From the NCBI RefSeq assembly GCF_009914755.1, contig NC_060929.1: DNA of 64,000 nucleotides; one strand, written 5' to 3'. This DNA is from the human T2T-CHM13v2.0 reference genome, Homo sapiens. Shown here one piece after another: positions 21,254 through 34,834 of this stretch; position 1 is the stretch's first letter; each line of letters starts with the position of its first letter. Under the pieces are notes generated by a model. It was not told the origin of the DNA. It made no database searches and worked only from the letters and a program-made list of their open reading frames with translations. The position numbers and the translations under genes were made by a program.

Positions 21254-23615
21254 GGTCTTGACTCTTTATCTAATTTGCCAGTCTGTGTCTTTTAATTGGG
21301 GCAGTTAGCCCATTTACATTTAAGATTCATATTGTTATGTGTGAATTTTATTCTGCCATTATAATGCTAGCTGGTTATTTTGCTCATTAGTTGATGCAGT
21401 TTCTTCATAGCATGGATGGTCTTTACAATTTGGCATGTTTTTGCAGTGGCTGGTACTGGTTTTTCCTTTCCGTATTTACTGCTTCCTTCAGGAGCTCTTG
21501 TAAGGCAGCCCTGGTGGTCACATAATCTGTCAGCATTTGCTTGTCTGTAAAGGACTTTATTACTCTTTCACTTATGAAGCTTAGTTTGGCTGGATATGAA
21601 ATTCTGGGTTGAAAATTCTTCCTTTAAGAATGTTGAATATTGGCCCCTACTCTCTTCTGGCTTGTAGGGTTTCTGCAGAAAGATCCGCTGTTAGTCTGAT
21701 GGGCTTCCCTTTGTTGGTAACCTGACCTTTCTCTCTGTCTACCCTTAACATTTTTTCCTTCGTTTCAACCTTGGTGAATCTGACAATTAATGTGTCTTGG
21801 AGTTGCTCTTTTTGAGGAATATCTTTGTGGTGTTCTCTGTATTTTCTGAATTTGACTGTTGGCTTGCCTTGCTAGATTGGGGAAGTTCTCCTGGATAATA
21901 TCCTGAAGAGTGTTTTCCAACTTGGTTCCATTCTCCTTGTCACTTTCAGGTATATCAATCAAATGTAGATTTGGTCTTTTCACATAGTCCCATATTTCTT
22001 GGAGGCTTTGTTCATTTCTTTTCACTCTTTTTTCTTTAATCTTGATGTCACACTTTATTTCATTGGGTTGCTCTTCAATCTCTGATATCCTTTCTTCCGC
22101 TTGATCGATTTGGCTATTGAAACTTGTGTATGCTTCTCGAAGTTCTGGTGCTGTGTTTTTCAGCTCCATCAGGTCGTTTATGTTCTTCTCTACAATGGTT
22201 ATTATAGTTAGTAATTCGTCTAATCTTTTGTCAAGGTTCTTAGCTTCCTTGAATTGGGTTAGAACATGCTCCTTTAGCTCGGAGTTGTTTGTTATTACCC
22301 ACCTTCTGAAGCGTACTTCTGTCAATTTGTCAAACTCATTCTTCATCCAGTTTTGTTCCCTTGCTGGAGAGGAGTTGTTATCCTTTGGAGGAGAAAAGGC
22401 ATTCTGGTTTTTGGAATTTTCATCCTTTCTGCGCTGGTTTCTCCCCATTTTTGTGGTTTTATCTACCTTTGGTCTTTGATGTTGGTGACCTACAGATGGG
22501 GTTTTGTTGCGGACGTCCTTTCTGTTGATGTTGATGCTATTCCTTTCTGTTGGTTAGTTTTCCTTCTAACAGTCAGACCTCTCTGCTGCAGTTCTGTTGG
22601 AGTTTGCTGGAGGTCCCCTCCAGACTCTGTTTGCCTAGGTATCACTAGCAGAGGCTGCAGAACAACAAATATTGCTGCCTGATCCTTCCTCTGGAAGCTT
22701 TGTCCCAGAGGGGCACCCACTAGATGCCAGCCAGAGCTCTCCTGTATGAGGTGTCTGTTGGCCCCTACTGGGAGGTATCTCCCAGTCAGGCTACACGGGG
22801 GTCAGGGACCCACTTGAGTAGGCAGTCTGTTCATTATCCGAGCTCTTAACGCTGTGCTGGGAGAACGACTGCTCTCTTCAGAGCTATCAGGCAGGGACAT
22901 TTAAGTCTACTGAAGTTGTGCCCACAGCCGCCCCTTCCCCCAGGTGATCTGTCCCAGGGAGATGGGAATTTTATCTATAAGTCCCTGACTGGGGCTGATG
23001 CCTTCTGTTCAGAGATGCCCTGCCCACAGAGGTGGAATCTAGACAGGCAGTTAGCCTTGCTGAGCTATGGTGGGCTCCACCCAGTTCAGACTTCCCCAGA
23101 AGTTTTGTTTACACTGTGAGCATAAAACCATCTACTGAAGCCCCAGCAATGGTGGACACCCCTCCCCCAACCAAGCTCGAGTGTCCCAGGTTGATCTCAG
23201 ACTGCTGCGTCAGCAGTGAGAATTTCAAGCCAATGGATCTTAGCTTGCTGGGCTTCATGGGCATGGGACCCACCGAGCCAGGCAGCGGAGGGAATCTCCT
23301 GGTTTGCCAGTTGTGAAGACCATGGGAAAAGCGCAGTATCTGGGCAGGAGTGTACCGTTCCTCCCAGAACAGTCTCTCACAGCTTCCCTTGGCTAGGAAA
23401 GGGAAATCCCCCAACCCCTTGCACTTCCCAGGTGAGGCGACTCCCTGCCCTGCTTCAGCTCACCCTCCATGGGCTGCACCCACTGTCCAACCAGCCCCAG
23501 TGAGATGAACCAGGTACCTCAGTTGGAAATGCAGAAATCACCTGCCTTCTGCGTGGATCTTGCAGGCAGTTGCAGACTAGAGCTGTTCCTATTCGGCCAT
23601 CTTGCCTGACCACTC
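21254..23615 (-). mobile_element. 5' part of the outer L1 (L1PA7-like): long 5'UTR, frameshifted ORF1 (22448-~21423), first ~35 codons of ORF2
   Basis: ORF1 starts MGRNQRRKDENSKNQNA (older type). 5' end ggcaagatggccgaatagg on the minus strand. Right TSD caaaaagtttt 23616-23626 matches 14715-14725. Confidence 0.9.
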
Positions 23616-23626
23616 CAAAAAGTTTT

Positions 23627-24128
23627 AAAAAATTAAAAAGTTTATGAAGTAAAAAATGTTACAGTAAGATAAGGTTAATTTAATGAAGAAAGAAGGTTTT
23701 AAAAATAAATTTAGTGTAGACTAAGTGTAGAGTGTTCATAAAGTCCACGGTAGCAGTATTATCCTAGGCCTTCACATTCACTCACCACTCATTCACTGAC
23801 TCACCCAGAGCAACTTCCAGTCCTGTAAGCTCCATTAAGTGCCCTATACAGGTGTACCATTTTGTATCTTTTAACAATATGTTTGCTGAACAAAAACTTA
23901 CCTTAGATATACAAATACTTACCATTGTGTTACAGTTGCTTACAGTATTCAGTGCAGTCACATGCTGTACTGGTTTGTAGCCTAGAAACAATGTGCTATA
24001 CATCTAGCCTAGGTGTGTAGTAGGTTGTATCATCTAGGTTTGTGTAAATACACTCTATGATGTTTGCACAGTGACAACAGTAACACATTTCTTAGAACGT
24101 ATCTCTATCGTTAAACAATGCATTACTA
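23627..24128 (+). mobile_element. Tigger3-family element, right part
   Basis: 'ctaggccttcacattcactcaccactcattcactgactcacccagagcaacttccagtcctg' and terminal 'tttcttagaacgtatctctatcgttaa...cattacta'. Confidence 0.82.
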
Positions 24129-25399
24129 TTAAATTAAAACATGACAGACCACACAGCTGTTTACTGGGTTTTTCTTTTTTGCATTTTATGCTATAAAATT
24201 AATTTTTGTGCGTATGTGTTAGATTTGTTCCTTATAGAAAAAGATGAGTTTCTGTTCATTTGATATCATAAAAACATTATGGTAAATTAAAACTATCATG
24301 TGATATGTACATTAAGCACTTTAAAATAATGTGTGCTAAAATGATGAAAGTCCTTACAAAGTCATTTCTCTGTCTGTTTGTATGCTACCTCTTATGATTT
24401 CTGAATTTCTGGACTGTTTGGGGCTTTTTTAATTCCTAAAGCATGATGTAAAACTGTCTTTTCTAAATTACTAAAGAAAATAATCATGCTTGCTTCCTGA
24501 CTTCCATTGATAGAGCATATGTATTTCCCAAACAGAAATGTGTCTTCTAATTGCTTCTGGCAAAAACTCAAAGTTACTTCTAAGGGAGCACAAAGGTGGA
24601 GTGATTCTTTCCACTCCTCATTTCTATTTTTTTCCCTCCACAGCATTTGTAGAATGAAGTCAGTTTTCTCAGAAATCCCTAGAATGGTTTAGACACCTAG
24701 GTAGGTTATGAAAATGATATGCATAAAAAGCAGACAGAAACAATCTATATTGCGCTTTCATAAGAGAAGATATAAGTGGTCTTGTCAAGAGGGAGGTTGA
24801 ATATATTCATTCATGATGCTTTTTTTTCTGCCAGGTGTTGATAACAATCTCATTACACTTAAGTTCGGGCTTAAACTTGGAACATAGCATTTGAAAAGGA
24901 GGTGCTGAAAGCAATCTTAAAACTTTTTTATGTCTCTTTTAAAAATAATTAAATGGAACAAAGGAATAAAAGAAATGCTGTCACCTTTGTGTCAGATCAG
25001 CTTACTAGGGGCTCTGACACAAAATGGAAACTGGAAAGGAAGTGCTGGTTAACCTTTGAGGGTGAAATAAATTTTGCCTTTAGTTCATTCTGCACCCTTC
25101 CCAGGGATGTTGACAGAAATTACATGTGAGAATCTAATGGCTAAATGCGAGCTGCAATTAGCTCTCTATGGGAGATCCATGTGAAATACACTTACACAAA
25201 AGATAAGTGAATTAAATGCAAATATCAGAATATACGGATTTGATATTTTGGGCCTGAATGATCAAGTGTGTGCTTTATGATAAGAAGCCAAATGACTTTT
25301 ACTCTCAATGATGGGTTTGGAAAATTTAGAGTGATAGTGTGCTTACCGAATCCTCTCATAATTAGAATACAGGGAATTGAAGTCACCTGAAAATAAAAA

Positions 25400-25630
25400 G
25401 TAGAGGAATTGACTGTACATTTTTTTTTAATTCTGGGAAAAGCAAACTATATGAGCAGAGACAGTTCAGTGGTTGCCAATAGTCAAGGTGAGAGAGGGAG
25501 TTGAGTACAAAAGGTGATGGAGCCATCTTGTAACTTGACCGTGGTGGCTACAGACTGCATTCACCAAAATGCATTGAACTGAACATCAAAAAGAGTGAAT
25601 TTTATTGCATGGAAATTAATTTTAAAAAAG
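25400..25630 (+). mobile_element. Old L1M (MC/ME) 3' end
   Basis: 'gcaaactata...cagtggttgcc...tgaattttattgcatg' 3'UTR signature. Confidence 0.55.
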
Positions 25631-27219
25631 TGTTAAAAATCATATCCAAAAGTAGTTTTAAATTAAGGTGCAAAAGTTCATGAGTACTTGTTTCATCTCT
25701 TGACATGATTTCTGATTGAAGGCAAGTGGAGGCAAGAAAGACAAGTCAAAGGGAAACTGCTCTGTGCCTCCAGGTCTGTTTACCCTGAGTTATCAGCAGA
25801 GCTTTCATTGCTATTATTTTGAAAAAAAAAAAGTCACAATATTAAAAAGGAGCCAAGATGAATATAACAAACAGGAGACTAGTCACTGCCCAGGACTAAC
25901 AAATATTAATATTGTATCATTTTGCATCATATTTTTATATGTAAATAATGTAGAATGTTGTAGGTAAAGGGAAATCTCCTGTCTTCTCTTCTCTTGGTAC
26001 ATTCTACTACCTCCAAAAATGGCTTTGAAAAAGAATAGAGTAGGCCAAGAATTCTGGGAAAATGATGACTGCTCTTTTCAGTAAATGAAGTGAGTTAGTC
26101 ATGTTGATCACGTCATCACTGGGTATGGATGTCTGCAGTAGGTGTCTGTGGGAAGGCTGGATTAACACACACATGTTAAGATCTAAAAGACACCTAAACA
26201 CATGGTGACTAGCTGGTTACACAGAGCTCAGTGCAATTCTGGGGATTTGCACATTTGGTTTAATGACTAAGGTGAATAAGGTTATTAAAACCTGAGTGCC
26301 CCTTACCAGCATCCAGGTTTTCCCAAGTTTCTCAACCACTTCCACCAAGAACTCTTGGAATAGAGTCCAGTTTAGAGAGGAATAACAAGACACAACGAGT
26401 CTGTGCTTAACAGAGTTAATAAAGTTTTGAGCTCTACCGAGTATCAAACCAAAAAAAAAAAAAACAAAAAAGACCACAAGAGAAAAGAAAGTTGATGCTA
26501 ATGCCAAATCTGCCACATTAAAAGAAAATAACTGCAGATGGCTTTTCAAGTTGCAAAAACTGCCTGCGCTGTCCAAATTTCCCCACTCCCTTTACTGCAT
26601 GCCTGTCTCTGACAAGAAAATTGCTAGTCTTAATCCGAAATAAGCAATTACCAAACAGAGATTTGTCATATTTATAGTCTGCCCTCAGTTACAGGAATAA
26701 CTTGTTTGCCACATGGAGAAAGTCACTCAAAATTGCTCGCTTAAATGTTTTGTGGAATTATCAGAGCCCCAGAGTAGCATATTAGCCTAAGTTGTTTTAT
26801 ACGACTCTGTTTGTGTAAGGACCGGGTGGTGTTACTACATGAGGCTGATGTCATCTTGCCATGAGTTAGTTTCCCCCAAGACTGTCAAGAACAAGAATTG
26901 TTCCTTCAAGTCCAAACTTCTTAAAGTGGCATTTGAGTCTCTTTACAACTGAACTCCAGACTTGCTCTCCTGTTTTTCACTACTCTCAAAAAGAACCTTT
27001 GGACGCAGCCAAATTTGCTTGCTTAAAATGCAGCATCAATGTCCCACTCCTTCATCTTCTTTCTCCACACTCACTCTCTTGGTCACTTCAGCCAATCTAA
27101 TGACTTTAAGTGTCATCTTGATATCTGTAACTCCCCAGATTGTATCTTCACCTTTCTGCTGAATTCCACATGCATATTTCTGGCTACCTTCCTGATACTC
27201 CCACTTGAATGTTGAATGC

Positions 27220-27383
27220 CTTGTTACTTAAAGTGTGATCCTCACATCAGCATCATATTGCCTGACACCTTGTTATAATAGAAATGCAGAACCTTGGGCT
27301 CTATCTTACACCGGCTGAATCAGAATCTGCATTATAACAAGATCCCCAGATTCATATGCACATTAAAGTTTGAGAAGCACTGG
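27220..27383. mobile_element. MER5A-like hAT-Charlie MITE
   Basis: 'agaaatgcagaa...ctgaatcagaatctgcatt.taacaagatcccca...cattaaagtttgagaagcactg'. Confidence 0.78.
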
Positions 27384-28471
27384 TCTATGTCACAATTGGG
27401 GATTTAACACATTCTATCCTTATGATGTTGTTTATTTTAGGCAACTATTCTATCAAATTATAAACCCTGCATGGTCACACATCATGGCTCATTTTGTTTT
27501 ATACTTCTAGCACCTAGCAGAGGAAATGCTAACAGAGTAGCTATACTCAATGTGTTCAATTACACTGAAATGCAAATGGGCAATTTTGCATGAAAGCCTA
27601 TTGCATTGGGGGCTGGGGTGGGGGAAAGATGACTAACTCAAGTTGCCAACCATTCACTGGCAGAGGTATCATTGCATATCACTGTGGCTTTTTAACCATG
27701 CAAGTGGCATTTGGTGACTGATTCTAGGAGAAGCCATATTGTTTTAGGATGTCAGTTAAGTAATACTTTTGCAAGAAGTTACTGCTATATGATGCCACGA
27801 TCTCACCCTTTCCCTGGCTTATTCAAAATTTGAATTTGTCCAAGGAGCCAATTAGAGTCACTGCCCCATTTGTCGTGCTCTAACCTGGACATCTGTACAA
27901 TAATTGGGGCATATCTGAGGCTTTTCCTTAAAATATGTGTTTACCAACATCAGCCTGGGCTTATGCCAGATCACACTGGGCCTATGTTTTTCAGCAGAAC
28001 AGATGAACATTCGCCTTTCACTCTGAACTATGGCATTTCCTATTCAATTTCTCAGTTTTGTTCCTGTATCTCATACTCATTTAAGAGGATTTCACAGGAC
28101 CCACAGGATTTGTGAAAATCAATGGGCAGTAAATTTACCTCTCAGACAACCTCAGAATGGCCCTCATTTACATCAGAAATTGAAACAAGGAGATGGAAGT
28201 GGTAGAAATGGGATTACTATAGTCCAGCACCCTGAGAAGGTGGGGCTTCAGGCCTCTGTGCACTGAGTCAGAGTCAAAATCACTTAGTGATATGCTACTA
28301 TGGAGAGGAAGGCTGGCTCTAAAACAGAGCTTCTACTTGAATACTGGCATTAGCTTAATCTTTATGTGTGCTTTAGGTACGAATGCTTATTGTCCGTACA
28401 AATATGGCTCCAGGTGAAGTATCATTCTTGATTTTCCAAAGTATCTTCTGTCAATAATATTTTACTTTAGA

Positions 28472-28610
28472 GCAGAGTTTCTCAAATGTGCCTGATGATA
28501 AGAACTACTTGGGAGCTTGTTAAACACTGGCATTCCTGAGACCCTCCCTAGACCTAATTAGGATTTCTAATTTCTGGAGGATACACATTTAAAATCCAGG
28601 TGATTCTTAA
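28472..28610. mobile_element. MER5B-like hAT-Charlie fragment
   Basis: 'cagagtttctcaaa...gggagcttgttaaa...ccaggtgattctta'. Confidence 0.55.
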
Positions 28611-30745
28611 CCACCTACTACTACGTGTTTATTTCTGCAAGTATTTTTATGAGGCAAATTAGAAAAGCTTCTCTGTTCTTGTTCATTCATCCAGTCAATA
28701 AGTTTTTGAGTAATTCCTGCATTCCAGGCCCTGTGCTAAGTGGGGAGATTAGAATAAGACCTAGTCACTGTCTTCAAGCAGATCAAATCCCAAGGGAGAT
28801 GACAGAGTAAAATATGCAGAACACAATGTGATGAGGCCATGAAGGAACGAGACACAAATCAAACTCTACAGTTTTATCTGTTTGAAAGAAATAATAGTTC
28901 TACAAATCTAAAAATACACCCAAGACAAAGTTTCCATGGAATTAGCATGTTTATATTGGACATTGGAATGCTACATGGAAATAAGAGTCCATATTAAAAT
29001 GATATTCTTTTTTGCTTTTCCGTTAGAGCCAAAAGAAGTTTGAAGTTTGCACAGTACCTGGCAAAAAAAAAATGGCACCGAATAAATATTTATCAAAAAG
29101 ATTACTGAATAGGAATGCCCACAAAATCATGTAATAAAAGCAGACCAAAGGGATTTTTCCAATGCAGCCACCAGTGAACAGGACTGCTAGGGCCACAGAG
29201 TGCTTGTTCCAAGTGTCATGAGAGAGTTTCAGACTCCTCACTTTCTCTCCCTTATGGTCCATCACTGTCTAATACATTGGCTGCCATGGGATAAAATATG
29301 CCATCTCCATGAGCTAGTTTGTTGTGTTACCATTAGCATGCCAGCAAAATGTTGCCCTTACTTATTTCTGCTTTTTTGTTCGTTTTATGCTATCCCTCTT
29401 CCCCCAACAAATGCAAACTATTTAATATGAATGTTATTTTTTCCAAGCAGGGCATAATGTCTAATACTGGGCTTTCTACCAGGGGAATTCACCTTGCTAA
29501 ATAGAGCTTAGTGCCATATATTTTTTTAAGCCCAGATTTAATTTTCCTGGAAAGAGTTTCTAATCTGCTCTGGGTTGAAAGCCTTCTTGACACAAACAAA
29601 TAAATAAATAATAAAATGAGTAAGCCTAATCTAGTTTCTCTGCTATCTACATTCCCATAGAACCCCAGTTGAACCAGAAATGAACACAAGAGTAATAATT
29701 GTGTCCTGTCACATTCTTCCTGTTTTTCTAAATAATTATATTCTAAGTGTCATAATTATAGATGGAAAACAATTAAAAGGAACACATACAACTCCACTGT
29801 CAGCTTTCTAGAAGCCGAGGTATAGGTAGGGCTGTTCTCTCCTTAAAGGCCTCTTCCTACCTCTGAAGGAATCTGGTTTCATTACTCATGAGCTCCATGA
29901 GCCAGTATTTCTTAAGCAGGAATATTTATGTAACAATTGTGGCTTGGCTCTCTAGGAACCCATGATAAAACTGCTATGAGCAGTGTCTCAGAGCTCTGGT
30001 GATCACTATGTGGTAGCTGTATTGCAACCAAGCTACCTGGCCAACTTACGTCTGCTGTCTCAGGGTGTTCCTAAAGAAGTTTGACCTTTTAGCAAGAAGC
30101 CTAACAACCCATAATAAAAGTATTTTCCCAGGCTGTGCAGCCACCATAATTACTCCCATTATTTTTGAATAGTAAAGAAAACCATAATAAATCTTCAGAG
30201 GATACAATGATATTAATAATGATGATGATAGCAGCTGGCATTCATGCACAATGGCCTTACACTGTGCTAAGTGCTATCCATTCATTATATCATGACATCT
30301 CATAGATATGACTGTGCAGAAGAAGCAAGACACAACAGAGTATGGTTCTACTTGTACAAAGTTCTGCAACAGGCAAAACTAACCTAGGGAGATGAAAGTC
30401 AGATCATTGGTTGTCTGGGCGGGGGATGAGGCAGAACTGTAATGGGGTTTGTGGGAACTTTCTAGGGAGGAAAATGTTCCATATCTTGGTTGGGGTGCGT
30501 GGTTACATGGGTGGATACATTGGGAGACCTAACCATCTGGTGGCTATCTGGTGAACTTTCTGCACTAAGAAGACTGCAGGCTTATGGGTCATGCCTCTTA
30601 CAAGAGTGGTGCACAGGCTTTATTTTTGCATGCAACTCACCTGGAATGTTTACTTAAAATTCAGATGTCTGTGTTCTTCTCAACATGACTAAAAAAGATT
30701 CTCTAGGAATAGACCCTGAAATCTGCACTTTAAGCCATCATTTCT

Positions 30746-30776
30746 GTGCTTGTTTCAGCAGCAGCACATATACTAA
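30746..30776 (+). pseudogene. 3'-truncated U6 snRNA retropseudogene (first ~28 nt of U6)
   Basis: gtgcttgtttcagcagcagcacatatactaa versus the U6 5' end GTGCTCGCTTCGGCAGCACATATACTAA. Flanked by the perfect 12-bp direct repeat taagccatcatt (30731-30742, 30774-30785). Confidence 0.82.
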
Positions 30777-31998
30777 GCCATCATTGCTGCAACATTTCTG
30801 AAGCAGAAATCCAAGGTCTGCACTACCTTGCTTTTAGTTTGACTTCTTGCCTGTGGCTGGGTGTGTTGTGGACCAGGTGAGTCTATAGATGGTTCTGCAA
30901 AAACCCATTGCTGTTCCTAAAAACCTCATTCAGGGTACCTGAGAATAGTGACTGTTTTTTGTGTTTGAATGAAAGGGTTTTATGTAAACAAAACAAAAAG
31001 AAAAGTGACATACACCAAGATGACCAGTAATCACTAGGCCTTTTTCTCAGCAGTGCCTCCTGCCACTTCATTTCCTTATTACTCCTCTTCTCATGCCCCA
31101 AAGATGTGTTTTGTTCACCTGGGCAACTGGTTTTTAATTGATTTTTTAATAAAGTTATTTCTTGCTGTCTTTCACTCTGATTAAGAAGCATAGCATGATC
31201 TCATCAGGCCTGGACAAGTATTGATGGGCTGGGGTATCATGGGGCTAATAAAGAGTGTTATACAGTATTTTTTAGTGACACATAAAAACTCCCTCATGAA
31301 AGATACGGAGGCAGAGCGTAATATATATGTCATTCTAGGAACAGTGGTATTAGGGTGTCTATTGCTGGACATTAGTGATTTCATTAATGCACTAAGACAG
31401 GCCTCTGTTAGGGATAAGTGGTGGGGAGTGGGCACTGGTGGGTCAGAAGGAATGCAAAGGGAAGGCCCTCACAGAACAAAGGGCCCTGTAGGTTTCTAGG
31501 TCTTTCTAGATATGCAGTAATCTAATAAAATACTTCAGATGACTAGGAAAAGAATAATTTAATTCAACACTTTATTTACCCATCTTCAACTTTGCTTTTC
31601 CCCAAAACACTATTTAAAATATTTCAGAAGGGATGAGGTGTTGAAAGGCAGAAGTGCTTTTGAATTTTTCTTTTTTTACTCATTATACCTTTAAGTTCAA
31701 TCTGATCCACTCTACTCCTTGGATTACTGGGAGGAAGAAGAATTGAGGTTTCGTGAGAGAAATGATTTGGGACATTCCCAGCTACTGCTTTGGGCTCCTA
31801 TTTCAATTCAGTATTAATTGTAATAAGTATTTAGTGCAGAAAAAAAGAAAACGGCCAGTATGAGCACAAAGAGCCCAGCCTTGCCATGAAGGGACCATCT
31901 GGCTTTTGGAGATTCCAGGTAACCTCACTAGGTCAAAGGGCAGGAGAGATTTTGAAGCATGAAGCTTTTTTTTTTTTTTTTTTTTTTTGCCAGCTTTA

Positions 31999-32214
<216 letters not shown>

Positions 32215-32710
32215 TTAGGGCCATGGGAGATAGAACACATTTAAGACCATCCATCCTTTTCCAGGAAGAGACTGCCTGAAGTACACAAACTATAGGAAAG
32301 GAAATACATGCACGTCCAAATTCATGCAACCCTCATATTTCAAAGAAACAAATATGTAATCGTCCTTCCAAAGCGTACATTTTGAAATACATTTTTAAAA
32401 TTTGATATGTTAGAAAACAACTGAGAAAATCATTTTAAAGATAGCAGACTATAATTCTCTTTTTATTTAGTCTCTACTTTCTCATTATCCATTGACTTCA
32501 TTGCTTTCAGGGGATTTGTGTTAAGCAGGTAGGGACAAATGCCAGTGGAATTTGAATTATTACCTTTAATGTAACTCTGTGTGTACCTACAGGCCTGAAG
32601 AAACTCAGGGTGTGTGTGTATCTGCAAGATTGGAGTCACACTGTGATTCATATTAAGGAGCATGGATATTACCCCATGTGCAATCAGTTTCCATGCCATG
32701 GAGATTTTGA

Positions 32711-33063
<353 letters not shown>

Positions 33064-34834
33064 ATTTAACGAATAGTTATTGTCGTGTTCCCTCTCCACA
33101 TGTTTCAGTTTCCCACTGACACTTGACTCCTTCAATTTTTGCATTGTTTTGTTTTGCAACTAAAAGCCCAGAAGCAGTTGTAGGAATAACTTCCAAATGA
33201 AAAGTTACAAAATGAGAATGATTCAGGGTCCCAGATGATGAGTAACCTATAAGTATAATAAAGCTATTGACAAAAATTTGATTTATTTTCTCCAATTCCT
33301 CTGATGTTAGCATTAAAAAAAATCCTTGTTTTCACGAAGTGTTTGCTGAGCAAATTTAGAAAGCATAAATAAGCAAATAAGAAATAAAAAAGAAAATATA
33401 GGCCACAGATTGCCCCATCATCTCCTCCCAGAGGTAATTGCTGCTAACATTCTTTTTTGTGCCTCCTTACCTATATACATAGAATTGGGTTTCATATTGA
33501 ATTTTTCAAAAATGAGATCAGGCTGTACGAACAGTTTTGGACTGTGCTTATCTATTTGTTATGTCCTGAATACCATTTTTTTTTTTATACGATTTGGATA
33601 CAGATGACAGCTGAGGAACTATCTTTCTTCCGTGTAAGTGACCGTAAGCCTTGGGCTTGCTGTAGTCCCTCGTCTTTTCTGGGCATGCTTTTCCTGTGTC
33701 AGAAGATAATACTAGTTATAGATAACATTCATCAAACACTTAGTATATGTTAACCACCTTAATAGAGTTCTCTTGTAATTTTCAAAACAACCCTATGAAG
33801 CCCATTTTACAGAAGAGGAAATTGAGGCACTAAGAGGTCAAAAGCATACAGCTAATATATGGTAAAGCCAACACTGGACTCTAGGCAGTCTGACTCCATG
33901 ATCCTAAGCCCTATTCCCACTTCCTGAAAACGTGTTTAGATATATTGGATTTGGACAGGATTTAAAAGCTTCAAGCCCAATCCTAAAGCCAGTAGACAGC
34001 TTGTACATCACCTGGTCCAATACTCTTGATTTCTTTCAAGGAACTTAAGTCCAGGCTCCCAAGTCACCTTCTGCTGTTCTTTCTACTCTACCACACTGCC
34101 CCCATGACATCCCACTTTATTTTTCCCTTTCAAAATGCTGTGACTTGAGTGTTTGGGGACATGAAAGATTAATAACCTCGGTCTGGACAGGGCTGACCGT
34201 GGGCAGGCCTTGTGAGAACTTTTCCCACACTTCAGTGCCAACAGGTCTCAGGCCTGGACGGCACAACCCTGTTATTCTTTCTAGCTGTGGGCCTCCCAGA
34301 GCCAACCAGACCCACCGTACAAACTGAGCCTAGGTTCTGAGGGAGAGACCCCTGGGACGCTGCTCCCCAACATGTCAAAAAGTCTGCTCTGGATGTCTTT
34401 ACCTTCACTCTAAAACTAGTGTCAAACCCGAGACATGCTGGAACTTTACCAAGCTGACACTTTAATCTCTGTAACTAAATCCATCAGGAAAATACTAATG
34501 CTGCCTACGTTATTTTTTCTTTCCTAGTCAGTTATTAGCAGCCAGAAACAGTTTGTCTCAAAGAATTTACTTCCCCGAGGACCTTTTTCAAGTGCCACAG
34601 AGTTCTATGAGAAAAATGGGAGGGTCTGTCTCTGGATCCAGAAGCAGGATCTGCCGGTGAGCAGCTCAGTGACCTTGGACAGATGACTTCTCCTTTCTGG
34701 ATCCATCATTTATCAATAAATGAGTGGCTTAGCTTAAAGGGATTCCAGATCACTTCCAACTTTAAAAGTTTCTATTGTCATTGTCAGCCTCGGTCAAACA
34801 CACTCTAAGCTTGCCCAATTTTCATTAACTTAGG

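Noticed and set aside
30041-30249. Minus-strand exon ending at AC|GTAAGT (30050)
   Set aside because: No convincing acceptor, no recognisable protein, and no partner exons.
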